Part shown: one piece after another, positions 14,001 to 27,479 of the stretch
Layout of the letters: each line of letters opens with the position of its first letter
Numbering within the stretch: position 1 is the stretch's first letter
Assembly (NCBI GenBank): GCA_951406725.2
Contig: OX597818.1
Coordinates: forward strand, 94,612,001-94,676,000
Source of the DNA: Octopus vulgaris
Lineage: Eukaryota
Direction of reading: 5' to 3'
Length of the DNA: 64,000 nt
Translations under genes and position numbers: made by a program
The notes under the pieces: model-generated
Told to the model about the DNA's origin: nothing
Databases searched by the model: none
The model's input: the letters and a program-made list of their open reading frames with translations, nothing else

Positions 14001-15479
14001 TAGAGCCTTTAGGAAATTCATAATCTGGAAACCACATCGGCAGGTAAACAACTGAAATTTGACTCTTCAAGTCAGTTTGTTCTAACCTTGCTGAAGCTGT
14101 TCGGTCTACTGATAATATTGATGACCTGCTGGTGATTCAGTCCCTTTTCAGTCACCTCAGATTTTGACAAGAAAAGGGGAAAGGATCAATGAAACATCAT
14201 AGATCTAGTAATTCATAATGGCAAGTTATCTTCTGTATCTTTACTATCACATCAAGATCATTTGAAATTAAATGAAATTAACCATTTATGGTATTAACTT
14301 TTTAATTTTTTTCTTCCAGTAATGTTAAATAATTTCATAAGCTATATATGCATATGATTTGTATAGTTATGTGATGCTTACAGTAGTTTCTGTAATTTTG
14401 TTACTTTTTATCATGTTCAGCATACACTGTATATTTTTTCAGTATCATATGTGTATACAATACTAACCCTTACCATTGATTATCCTGGATGGTCCACTAA
14501 AAGAAATATGCTTCTCCTGTTATCATTTAGTGAGGGTTCACTGTGTCTATATGTGTGTGTGTGTAAATGTGTATATAAATATATAGATATATTTATATCT
14601 ACATATATGGAGCTTTTCAGTTATAATGTATTAAAGAATACTCTCTACATTTGTATTGAGTTCTGTAATTTATCGCTTTTGGTGAATAAGAAGAGGTTTA
14701 TATTTATGAATATAGATATTTATAAATATAGATGTCATCATTACATCTACATTTTCATACTTGCGTGGTTTATGTAAAATTCATTGAAACAAATTTTCGA
14801 TGACTGGATTCTTGTCACCAACCTTTACTTGTTACCAACCATGGTAAAAGTTCACCTTTGAGATATTCGAGACATGAACACATCAGTTACTGAACATGTT
14901 TTCATGCAAACAAATGACACTGTTTTTCTATGAGCTGTGACTTTGTGTGTGTGTGTGTGTGGGGGGGTGATCCTCAATGTAGCTGTGTATGAATAAATTA
15001 AATGTGATCAAGGATGTTTATGTGTGTAGCATTTGTTCTATCTCAGGTATATAAATTATACATCATTGAGTCTTACATGAGCTTTGTCTAATGTCATCAA
15101 CTACTGAGACCCGAAGCATTTTTCTGGCTCCATAGAAAAGATTTAGTCTTTGAGATATAATTTTGGCAATGTTATAGATATATAATTTATTCCTGAAGTA
15201 TGAAATGCAAAATTAACTCCACTGGGTTTTGAAGCCAAAATGAAAAGTGACATAATTAGAAACTAATATATTGTCTAGTACTTTGCTATTTCATACAATT
15301 CATTGTCCTTGGGATCTGATGCAACAGGTATTGAATCCAGCATATTATTAGGTTATATTTTCATCAGTGGTTAAATAAAAATAATAATTGCATAAACTTT
15401 GAACTGAATGCTTTATTGCCTTCAGTTTAGTTATTTACTCCCTTAAGTCAGCTTTTACTGAATAATAATAATTTCTGAA

Positions 15480-16100
15480 AATTTGGCGAAGGGCCTACTT
15501 GATTACATCAACCCAGTGCTTGGCTCGTACTTACTTTATTGACCCTGAAAAGATGACAAAGTCAACCTCAGCAGCATTTGAATTCAGAACATAAAGAAGG
15601 ACGAAATGCTTAGTGGCATTTCATCCAGCATGCTTAATGATTCTGCCAGCTGGATATAATAATAATAACAATAATAATAATAATAATAATATGTATTAGG
15701 CACCAAGCTGGAAATTTTGAGAGGATGGGGAGCAGTCAATACCATCAACAGTAGTTCTTGACTAATGCTTTATTTTATCATCCCCGAAAAGGTGCAAAAC
15801 AAATGACCTTGGAAAGGTTTAAATTCAGAAGGTAAAATGCTGGAATAAATTCCACAAAGCATTTTCCCAACGCTTATGATTCTTCCACGAATAATTTCTA
15901 ACATAGACAGGAGGCCATCATTTTTTGTTCTTTGCTATGAGGTATGAATTACTCAGTTAAATCCCCCACCCTGCCCAGTACTTGACCTTAGAAGAATGAA
16001 AACAAAGTTGACTGTGGTGGGATATGAACTCAGAACATAAAAGGTTGTAACTAAACACTGCAAGGTATGTTGTCTGACACTAACAATTCTGCCAATCCAT
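15480..16100 (-). mobile_element. Cluster of ~3 family A SINEs, minus strand
   Basis: Reverse-complement cores (CAAAGTCAACCTC...TTTGAATTCAGAAC, GATTCTGCCAGC) separated by (AAT)n. A further minus copy lies at ~17470-17660. Confidence 0.8.
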
Positions 16101-18899
16101 TAAATTAGTACAATGTGCCTCACATTTATTGTTGGGTGTAGGTATAATCAACTTAATTTTATCAACTTAGGATGTAAGCAAAAATTGACCCTGGCATTAG
16201 GGATGCCATTAAATAATGTCCTGCACTTGCTCTGGCATACTACATTTGGGATAAACCTCTACTACTTCATCAATATGCATTCCACCATGCAGTTCCAGGA
16301 ATCTTTGTACCCCTATCCATATTAGCTTGGGTTCCCAATTTCATGTTGCATTTCTTTGCCAGTAGCATCAATGTAGCTGAGTGGTCTTCATGTACATTTT
16401 AGGGTGTAGAAACCTCCAAAATATATTATCTGAAGTGGGCACTATTCAGTATGATAGCAGTTGTCAGCAAAGCTTTACCTGCACTAAGCAGCTATAGCAG
16501 AGATGGGTGAAATTTGTTCTTTCACTCATTGACATCTCCTGTCAAACCATCCAACCCATGCCAGCATGGAAAATGGAGGTTAAATGATGATGATGATGAT
16601 TTTCCATGCCAGCATGGGTTAGATGAATATATTATTGAGGAATTGTTTCACCTTCAGATCTCCTTCCTGTCAGAAACCCTTACTTGCTTTTCAAGTAAGA
16701 GAGCTTTCATTTCATGTCTTCAAAGATGCAAAGTGAGTGGATGATTTGTTGACAGAAGTGACAACAGCAGCAGCACTGCTCACAGGTCACAGCTTTTGTA
16801 GAGTACAAATGTAAGCAAACAAACACACACACATACATACACATAACAATGTAGTGTTGTACCCATGCAATAATTCGGTGTGTGATATAAAATTATTTCA
16901 CTCAGTTTTGTACACATCACATTAAAATCCTCAAATGATTTTCTGAAATGTTATACAATGATCTATTATGTTACATTATTCTAAATTGTGCTTTGACTTT
17001 CTTTATTTATAACTTACCCATTTGGTAACACTGCATGATTATCAATTAATAATGGTATGTTTACTTTTTAATTAACTGTAACTACTTTGCCCTCTGCGAC
17101 TGCAAATCCATTTTAGTTACTGTATGATGAATAATTTTAATTCCTAAAGGTGATTCCTTTATATAAAGTCAATTAGCCAAAACTTATTCAAAATCACATT
17201 ATTATCCTTTGTAAAATGTACCGGCAATAAGAAAGCTTTATAATTTATGTACAAGGCCTGTGAATTTTAGAGAAGAGTTGATTAAATCAACTTCAAAGTT
17301 AACTGCTATGTATTTTATTACCCTCAACTTGAAATATGAGACATAACTAAATACAGCATGGCATCCTGTCAAAATGATTTTACCAATTCTGCCATTGGCT
17401 ATAATAGTAATAGTTATAATAATGATGATCATAATAATAATAATAATAAGAAGAATTTTTTATATTTTCGGCGCAAGGCCTGAAATTTTTAGGAAGAAGG
17501 TTAGTTAACTACATCAACTCCAGTACTTCACTGGTACATATTTCATTGACCTCAAAAGGATGAAAGGTAAAGTTGGCCTTCATGGAATTTGAACTCAGAA
17601 CAAAGGTGAATGGAAAACTGTCAAGCATTTTGTCCGGTGTGCTAAGATTGTGCCACCTCACTGACATTTTAGTAAAAAAAAAAAAAAAAATGATGATTTC
17701 TAATTTAAGCGCAATGTCAGCAAATTTCCAATGCTCTAACTATTCTGCTAATATGTTAGTGTTATAAAGTACCCACTATGCAAAATTAATAAGGAATAAT
17801 GGAAAACTAATTCAAATAACTACCAAATATGACTAAAAGCCAAAAAGGTTTGTTTTCTGATGTGAAAGAAACCAAAAATTACTAGACAGGCTGAAATGAC
17901 CAATTGTTATGAAGAGGGAAACTAACAGCATAAATCATGAAAGGGATAAAATCTACACAAGAATGTAACTACAGAATGTTATAAAATGATGGCTAATACA
18001 TGAAGTTAAACAGGGTGGAAGTAGACAAGGAAAATGTACAACTTTGGCAGAAAAGGACAGGTGTCAAAGCTGAGATATTGCTTATATTTTCAGCCCCACT
18101 TCCCCCAATACACAGAAACTTCTGGATCATTTTGTTTTCTGGACCATGGATAATTAAAATGAAACTTTACAACTGGATACTCTTAGAGAATGACAGTTCT
18201 ATCAAAATAGTGTTGTCACAAATGCATAAGCCTTCAAATTAATCCATTTTAACTCTGATTGAAATCTGTCATACTCAGACTCTGGTTGTCAGACTGATTC
18301 TTTGTAATTTGGATTTGGATTATTTCTGTTCCAACACATGGTTTCCATTTTAAATGTTTCAGTTGCTGAAGAGCAATGTATAAATTATATAGTGGACAAA
18401 CCTAACAGCAGTTAGCATCTTAATATTTTACAACTCTGTCTTTTTCTTTGTCACTCACTCGCTCACTCTCTCTTGCTCTCTGCTATAATTTGTACTGATT
18501 TTGTTTTCATTAGGACATAGTGTTTTAAATTCAAAAAAATATCTTGCAACTAGAGAATCATTGCTCACAGTGACAACCACAGAATGATATATGAAGAAGG
18601 CTCTGATAGTTATCGACCAAACATCTTAGCTAGAAATACATATTTGATAAATGTGTGTACTTTCTTTTAGTTTCTTTCTTGTAATTTCTTTTTGATGTGA
18701 TATATTATGGAAAAGCCCATTAGTTTACTCTTCTCCTACTTATTTACTATGCAAATTGTGATTTATTTTTTAAAGCTATTCTCAATGTAAGTTTGTTTCT
18801 TAACCATGAGGTTCCAGGTTTGATTTAACTACATAGCACATTAAACATGTACCTTCTACCATAGATTCAGGTTGACCAATAACTTGTGAATGGAATTTG

Positions 18900-19540
18900 G
18901 AGTCAGAAATTGTTAGACAAAATGCCTTATGATGTTTGTTTATACACTGTACATTGTGAGTTCAATCCAAACTCAGTCACATTTGCCTTCCAAGCTTTCT
19001 GAGAACAAAATGAAATGCCAGTCATGTACAGTGAACTGACCACCTCTCCCAAAATTGCTGGCCTTGTGCCTAGATTTAAACAGTCATCATCATCATCATT
19101 GCTATGAGCTGGCAGAATTGTTAGCACTCTGGATAAAATGCTTAGTAGCATTTCTTTATGTTCTGAGTTCAAATTCTGCTGAGGCCGATTTTTACCTTTC
19201 ATCCTTTTGGGGTCAATGAAATAAGTACCAATTACGCATTGGGGTCAATGTAATCAACTCACCCACACCCTAAAAATTTCAGGCTTTGTGCCTAGAGTAG
19301 AAAGGATTATTATTATGGTGCTGAGCAAGCAGAATCATAAGCACACCAGTCAAAATGCTTAGCAGCATTTCATCCAGCCTTACATTCTGAGTTCAAATTC
19401 TGCCAAGGTCTACTTTGTCCTTCATCCTTTTGGGGTCAATGAAATAAGTACCAGTTATATACTGAGTCAATATAATTAACCTACCCCCTCCCCACAAATT
19501 TCAGGCTTTGTGCCTGTAATAGAAAGGATTATTATTAATA
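18900..19540 (+). mobile_element. Three head-to-tail family A SINEs
   Basis: Units start near 18900, 19105 and 19317, each ending GTGCCTAG...(ATT/ATC)n. Confidence 0.87.
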
Positions 19541-20339
19541 TAATCAGAGTAATGTTTTTGTCTTGGCTATTGTAGTCACCAAAATATTTTGGTTGGTGAT
19601 CCCTTTACCCTTCAGGTGTCTGTTGTGTTCTGTAATATTTTCTAAATTTCAAACCAAACCCTTTATTAAGTATATGGGAGTTAGATTGCTCATATGTCAT
19701 TGTCCACATCAGGGATATGCTCCTATTAGTTATGCTCCTCATCTCTGTGATGCAACTTGCTTGTTCTGCTTGAACCAGAGTATATATACATTGACTGACC
19801 TAAGGATTGAACCTACATCCACTAAGTAAATAACTATATTTAACTCTTTACATCTACTCAATACCTATATTCACTATTCCGTTGTCTGGTTGTATAATGA
19901 CAATTACTCCTCACCTCAAAAATTCAGACAAAACACGCACACTTCTCACACATAGAATCAATCATGGAAAGAATGATATTTGAAACATGCATGCATATGG
20001 ATATGTAGGCCGTTGATAGTGATGTGGAAGACTGTCAGCTTGTAAAATCTATACAACTTAAATTTTCTGTGTATGCTGTTTGGAATCTTTTCTGAATGGC
20101 TGTTGAATAAAGGTGCCTTTGCCAAAAATATGCAAGCCCTTCATTGTACAAAGATTACAGGTTATTATTCTCCTCATATGCTTTAGCTCTAGATAAAATG
20201 TTCTATTTATGTTGATCTGGTATTGAATTATCCATAATGGCCAAATGTATGAAACCAAAGAAGTTTGCTTGTCATGATTTTTAAAGGAATGCATATGCAA
20301 ATAAAATCATGATTTAAATGGGTTTGAGGCCCTTCCAAT

Positions 20340-21990
20340 GCAAGCTTCTGTGTTGTCTTTAGTAGTAACCAGTCATTTGTACACACAAACCCCAATTGTG
20401 TAGTTAGAAGCTACAGGGCAGTTGCACAGATTGATGCTTTATTGATTCGTGATTTTGTGTTCTATAAGTTTAGAATTATGTATGATATGCTAATAGTAGT
20501 TAAAATTTGGGGTAATAGGGTACGAAAGTATGATAGTATTTTTGTTTTGTACCTGGTGTTTTGTAGTTTGAGGGAAATGTTTTTCAAGGAGCTTAAGCAA
20601 GTTCTAAACAACTGGTGTATTGATTGTAATATTAAATTTAAGTAGTACCAGATTATGTTTCATTTCCTATCTAGCTTTTACTGGGGCAAGGTGTAGGTGT
20701 TGCTGTGTAATACATTTTATCCTTAAAGCTACTACTGGTGGTCAAATCTTAACTGAAATACATTGTTAAAAATTCGTTTGTTAGATGATATTTGGGAAGC
20801 CTACATAAATTGTTTAGGATGTGGTGGTTTATATTGTCAGAACTGGTTGGAATATCTATGGGTTAATTGTTTCATTGGATTTGCGGCATAGGCAATAAAG
20901 AGATCCAGAGTAGTATCTACATAGTCAGAAACGTTTGTCTTTAAAGAATTATTGAAGGGTTTTTTTCCCTCGTAAATTTAGTCCTTAACAAAGTTTTGAA
21001 GGGTCATCCCCCCCCCCTTAATGAGTTAATGTCATTTAGGATTAAGAGCTCTCATTCCTATAAAGACAGTCTGTTTTCATTCTATGGAAAATGTACCTCC
21101 TTTTGATATGACTAGGTGCCCAGGTATCAGTAAAAATAGGGTTGCTTCTTTTCACTTAATCCTGGGTACCTATAGTTATATGAAAAGGGTCATAGGATTT
21201 CTTACTGTTTGTTAGGATGAACTACTATCTTTTATGCATACATAGGGATTTCAGTTTCTTTTTTCCATGATAGTAATGGATTTAGTGTAATTGATTAGAT
21301 AAGGTTATTGATGTGTAACAGTCACAAACTGGAAACATTTGTATCTATATTTATTGGGAATTGCCGTAAAGCATTTGATTACATATGTTTAGCCATTCCA
21401 AAGAACTAAGTCATAGCTTCTTTGTACATTTGGTATTATTTTACCAAGGATATACTTATTTATCATTCCTATATCAATCTTGTTGAGCTCATGAGTTCTG
21501 TAGGCAATAAGTGTTTTGTGTGGTCATTGAGGAATAGTTCAGAAGTTATTTCCCCACCTAGTTGTTGCTGTCATTAAATAAGTGCCAATTAAGTTTTCCA
21601 CACTGATTATGGATGGACCTGGTGGTAAAGTTGTATGTTTTGTAATCTATTTGATAAAGATTTTTAGTTTTAACTGATTTGAAGGACAATTCATTTGATT
21701 ATCTAATGACTTCCAACTATTCAAGATACCCATTTGGAATCTGTAGTGAAACTTCTGAATTTAATATTTTTAATTCATGTCTAAAGATCCTATTCACAGG
21801 GGATAAGGAGTTTATGTGGGGGTTCTTAGTTTAAAACTCAAATTATTTAGCAGGTTATTGCTGCCAACAAATTTATCAAAATGGTTAGCCTTCCAACAAA
21901 GTCCTCCAAATGCATACCCAGCCAAAGGACATATTTTAAGAGCTTATTGCAGAAGATAGAAGATTTCATTAAAAAACTTCATTGGAAGGT
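20340..21990 (-). mobile_element. Possible very decayed Penelope-like retroelement
   Basis: Minus-strand remnants LPPGPSIIS (~21600-21630; cf. PPGRPIVS) and PTELMS (~21500). No intact ORF. Confidence 0.35.
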
Positions 21991-22429
21991 TTCAAATGCA
22001 GAGTAAAAAAATTATGAATGAATGAACACTAACAGAAAACCGCCCACAGGAAGATATCTGGCTACTTATAAAGATGAATATTAGTATGCACATATCTATC
22101 CATCCATCCATGCACACACAAACATAAATACATATGTGTGTACACATGCACACACATGTATTCCAAATAACATGTATGAATATATACAGAAATGAAAATG
22201 AATATACATATACATGTATACAGTTTCTCAATTATTAAACCTTCTCATTCTGATCAATTTCTTCTTTCCATTAAGAGCAGGTTTCCACCCTACAATTTGA
22301 CTAACCCTCCACTAATGAAACTTAAACCTTACTGTCAATAAAATGATTGTGTGTGTGTATATATGTGTATGCATGGATAATCTTTTAGTAAAGAAGCTTG
22401 AGAATAACAAAATTAGTGAGAGTGAGAGA

Positions 22430-22467
<38 letters not shown>

Positions 22468-22479
22468 GAGAGAGGAATT

Positions 22480-22860
22480 GCTGTGTGTGTAGAGGTTCAC
22501 TTCACAGCTATATTGTTTTAAGTTCAGTCCTATTGTGTAACCTCTTTGGCAAGTGTCTTCCAAAATAGCCCCAAGCTGACCAATGCTTTTTGAGTGACTT
22601 TGGTTGATGGAAACTGAATAGGAGCTCATCTTCGTGTGTGTGTGCACACCTTTGCATTTGTCTCCCCACTACTAGACAACTGGTGTTGGTTTGTTTATAT
22701 CCCCATAAGTTAGTGGTTTGACAAAGAGACCACAGGATAATACCAGACTCAAAATAAGTACTGGAGTTAATTTATTCAACTAAACCTAGCAAGATGGTGT
22801 ACCAGCAATCAGTGTAGCCTCAGTCTAATTAATGACTGGCTTAAGTAAAACAATAAAAGA
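22480..22860 (+). mobile_element. SINE family B (CORE-like TTGGCAAGTGTCTTC motif)
   Basis: Shares GGCAAGTGTCTTC..ATAGCC..GACCAA.GC.TTGTGAGTG.ATTTGGT.GATGGAAACTGAA with copies at ~34520, 39980, 57500 and 61830. Confidence 0.8.
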
Positions 22861-25716
22861 GAACTACATATTTGCAGGCATGCATGCATAGTAAGAAACA
22901 TGCAATTTAAGAATCATTAACTGTTTACAACTTGATAGATTAGTGTTTTAAATAAACATTACAATCTTCTTGCAAAACAGTTTCTTTATGTTAAATTATT
23001 AACTCATTAAATAATTGTTTTGTTTATTTAGATTGGTAATAAATGATGTTGACTAGCAGTAGCTGTAATTCTTATTAACACCATTAATATTGATTTCACT
23101 ACTTTCCCCCATTATTACACATATCAGCAGTGTCTGCATTAACATCATTATTATAGGCTTAGTGACATAATACTTGTTAATTAACTAAACATTAAATATC
23201 ATTCTTATTTAGTTTAAAATTGAAAAGAACTTAGACATGTCTGTTGTCCTAATCATTGTAATAACAGCAGCAGTTAAAAAAATGATAAAGGTGGTTTGAA
23301 CTGTTGATATAAAACCAATAGTTTTAGAGGGGACTTTAATCAAATGCATTGACCCCAGTACTTGACTGGTACTATCTTTTATCAACCCTGAAGGGATGAA
23401 AGGCAGACAGATAAAATGCTGGGAAGCATTTTATCTGACATGTTAACATGTGCTGAATTCTTCAAGGCAGTGCCCCAACATGGCTGCAGTCTAATGACTT
23501 GAACAATAGATAAAAGATACATGTATACATGCATGCATATATTTATATGCATGTATATATAATGCAAATGTTCAAGTATTGAGAAAATATGTAGACAAGT
23601 CATGACGAATGGTACATCTTATATATTAGATTGTAGATATATTTTGTTTAAAACCCCTTGGATTGAAAATGGGCAGCAAAAAACCTGCCGGAAAAGAGAC
23701 ATGCTTCTACTTTGACCCAGAAGAACATGCTATCAATTACACTAAAGCTATCCTTAGTCTTTCTTCCAGCAAATTAAATGCTTTATACTTACAAGTGAGA
23801 AAGCTTGTTTACAATTAGAATGCAACTGTAGAAGCAGTAAGAAATATGTAAAAACATCTTTATAGACGATGCATTTCACAACAAATTCAGCTACAAATCA
23901 TAGCCAATAAAAGGCTTTCTGATGTTTTTCCATCAAGTAGACAGAATGTCTTCTTCACTGGTAGGATCAAATTCATGTTAAAGAATGATCAACTAGACTG
24001 CTATCTAGATAATATAGTATGTAGATGAAGGAATACTACAATGAACATCGCATATCAATGTCTGGATGTTAATGTACTTTGAGGAATCTCTTCAAGTGCA
24101 TTCCTGAAGTCCACTATTTATTAACCTCCCCCAGTTCCTGTCATGCACTGTTACCTATGTCCAACAAGGGAAGTAATTCCCTATCTATAAAATCTCAGAA
24201 CATCTCAGAATATCACAAAGTTTTTATGTATCTGGAGATATGTTTATATGTGTATCTGAAAAGAGTAACTGAAATCGTGACAAGTGCAGTTTGGGATTTG
24301 ACTTTTAATTCTATTTTGTGGCCACATAACTTCATTCTATTAATGCTGTCAGAAAATCATGAACACCATAACATTCTATTTACCTTTCATTTTGAATGTA
24401 TGGATTTGTGCCTAACAATCATGATCAGGGAAAGTATTGTATTCAGGAGGTCTAACTGTGGGGTCCCTAAAATGTTTTCTGCTATTCCTCTAATAAACCA
24501 GCTCCTCCTCTGTATTTACTGTTCTATTCTATGTTATGACATAACTCAGAATAAGAAAGATTACAAATTATCTAGATGTAATTGATTTTAGTATGTATTC
24601 ATAGTTTTATTTATTGTTGGTTTAGCTGGAAATGATAAATCAGATATACAATATTCTGTGAACTTTTATATGTATGTTACAGTGGAGGTAGAACATATAT
24701 GCATGCACTCACACACACACACGATCTCTCCCTGTGTCCCCCACCCCTCTCTGTTACAGGAAAAGTATATCTCAATCTGTATGTCCTAACTCATACTTCA
24801 ATATAAATGCAAATCTAGATATGTCTATAATGTTGTCCAGCTCCCTCAAATACTTCAAGATTTCCCCCATTGCTGAAATGCAGCAATGAAGTTTTCACAA
24901 CATGGTTGACCATACAGTTTGCATCTCAAACCACCAATACCTTTCAACTGATGCCTTTTTAACTGCTTGGAACATTTTCACATTTTAGTGTCCTCCTGAC
25001 TATCTTACAAGCTGAGTACGGTTCATCCCAAAACCAGTATCAAAGTTATATCAATTGTCTTTTAAATTCTCCTCTACTCCGAGTATATTCAACATTTTAC
25101 AGGAATAGGTGCACATAATGTTTTGAATGGCATAGAGAATGTTGAGTGAGATAACATTTGAGTAACGAAAGCATGGATTGATGTGTCCTGGGTGACAAGT
25201 AGAGGGAAATGACAAGTAGAGTGAAATGACATCTGAGTGACAGGTGAAACAGTGAGTGAATGACAGCTGAGTGGCAAATCGAAAATTGTAGACACAAGGA
25301 TCTTCCAGTCTTCAATAATGATGATTCCAACTTTATGGATCTTGCATAATTTGATGTGTATGTTTTTGAGGTGCAAGAAAATACATGTAAACTGCTACCC
25401 AACCCCATTCTTTCTTATGTTTTATTCTAAATTTAATTTTTGTTTATCTCTTTCTCTCTTTGTTTTTGTCTTCTTGGGTAACATTCTTCAACACCTGTAT
25501 TCTATTAATAGCTTTTTAATTTCCTCTTCTGTCAAACAGTTGATTTAACCATTACTACTTCACTCCACTGCTCTTTAAACAGCATGATTTGAGCCTTGAA
25601 TGTGCCTACTAAACATCACGTTGGCATCATAACATTGTGTTCCTATGCAGTGGCACTATTGATATCTTAGCATCTTGCTACCAGCATCCTTCAGCATTGT
25701 TCTCAAAATGAACTAG

Positions 25717-25717
<1 letters not shown>

Positions 25718-25770
<53 letters not shown>

Positions 25771-25851
25771 TCTCTCGTTTCTCTCTCTCCTCCTCTCTTG
25801 TTTCTCTTTCTTTTTCTCTCTCTCTCCTCTCTCTCTCTTTTCTCTCTTTCT
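25718..25851. repeat. (CT)n-rich tract directly upstream of exon 6A
   Basis: Read directly; ends ~45 nt before the 6A acceptor. Confidence 0.95.
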
Positions 25852-25896
25852 CCGCTACTTGTGCTCGCTACATGCTGTCATCTTATATCTTTTCAG

Positions 25897-25969
25897 TCAC
25901 TGCATTCAACAAATCTTAGAAGGAGTTAACCACTGCCACCAAAATAGTATAATACACAGAGACTTGAAG
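25897..25969 (+). CDS. CaMKII: CaMKII alternative exon '6A' (73 nt), (S)[24 protein letters not shown]
   Basis: TTTCAG acceptor ending at 25896; GTGGGT donor at 25970. Open frame with the HRDLK catalytic loop. Phase 2/0 joins 2500 to 51896 in frame. Confidence 0.93.
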
Positions 25970-26022
25970 GTGGGTGCAGGACGCAAAAATAGTGAAATTA
26001 TGTTCTGTTCCGCAGCAGATAT

Positions 26023-26140
26023 GTTCATGTGTCTCCCACCCACCATCTTGACTGTCTGCCAGCTTGCTTGCTCTCCACCTGCTGGTCACCAGCTTGGCAA
26101 GATTCTCAGCCATGGTTCAAATGACACTAAGTTATATCAG
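26023..26140 (+). promoter_or_regulatory. 5' arm of a putative long-range intronic RNA duplex (downstream of exon 6A)
   Basis: Several colinear helices with 42229-42423. Example: CACCAGCTTGGCAAGATTCTCAGC (26087-26110) against GCTGAAAATCTGCCTAGCTAGTG (42257-42279) gives 20 Watson-Crick pairs. Confidence 0.8.
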
Positions 26141-26584
26141 CTGACATAGATTTCTTTCCTTTACCAGAAGGTCATATTTTACCCACAGTTCTGGCAGCAG
26201 GGTGGGGATTGGTTTCTTTTTAATTATTCACTTCTTATTTTTATTTATTTTATTTTACTATTTTGTTTCTTCCTTTTCCTCGAATGTGTAATGAACTGTT
26301 ATTTCTGTGTGTGAGTATGTAATGAATCAAGTTTAAACTCTCTATAACTCAGTTATTATTGTGTGTTCATTACAGGCATATTACAGATAAACGTTCAAGC
26401 TGAACATCAACCATATCAACCTCACTTATCTCAGTGGGTGTGAAAGTGTTATACACAGTTTCCTTTCCCTCTGTTCAAACGATAATGTGTGAGTGTGTGT
26501 GTGTCTGTGCATGTATGTGTGTCTGTGGTATGATAGAATGAACTAATACCCTATATTATTTAATAACCATTCTGTTCGTTACAG

Positions 26585-26679
<95 letters not shown>

Positions 26680-27143
26680 CATGTATGTAGGTAGAGAAAG
26701 TGTGTGCACATGCATGCAATAATGTGTCTTTCTAATGTCCGATTTCATCATGAGACATGGACTACATATTCACAATACATTTAGAGCCTGAACATTCTAT
26801 GGACAATTCCCTAGAAAGATAGGATAATGCTCACACAAATTGTTTGTTGAATTAACACTAGCATCATTGAATGTATGCTATACAGGCATCAACCGAAATA
26901 GCTCATGCTGATTCACTCTTCTTCATAGGATTATCTGTAGCTATATAATTATATGATGGTCATCACCTGGTTAGATGGTCAAAGGAGCTATTCAAAAATC
27001 AGCCAATGACTGTATAAATATATATATATAAATAAAGTGTGTGTATGTGTGTTTATGTATGTATACATACATATATGTATACCTATATGTTTGTGTGCAT
27101 CCAACCCATGCCAGCATAGAAAATGGACATTAAATGATGATGA

Positions 27144-27186
<43 letters not shown>

Positions 27187-27479
27187 TAAGCATATATGTG
27201 TCTGTGTGTGTATATATATATATATACACACACACACATACATACATACACATATGTGTGTGTCTGTGTTTATGTCCTCTTCTATTTTTTTATATGTTTC
27301 AGCCTAAAGGCTGTGGCCATGCTGAGGCACTGCTCGCATCATCACTTTTTTTAGTTGCCATTCCTATCAGGTTGGTTTTTGGTGAGAGAAGGAATTTGAT
27401 ATTATTGCCCTTGTTTGAGTTTGTTGCTTTGATGTAGGTTCATTTGGGGTCTTAGACACCAGAAGGTCTACACAACTCC

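Noticed and set aside
24079-24585. Longest ORF in the track (168 aa)
   Set aside because: Non-ATG start, no domain-like features and no splice support; likely a chance intronic ORF.
25933-25979. Local hairpin masking the 6A donor (CUGC-CACC / GGUG..GCAG)
   Set aside because: Two 4-bp helices only; too weak to claim.
25859-26149. ORFs 25859-26149 and 42418-42660 as standalone genes
   Set aside because: Only the central 73 nt of each are kinase-like; the rest is intron read-through.
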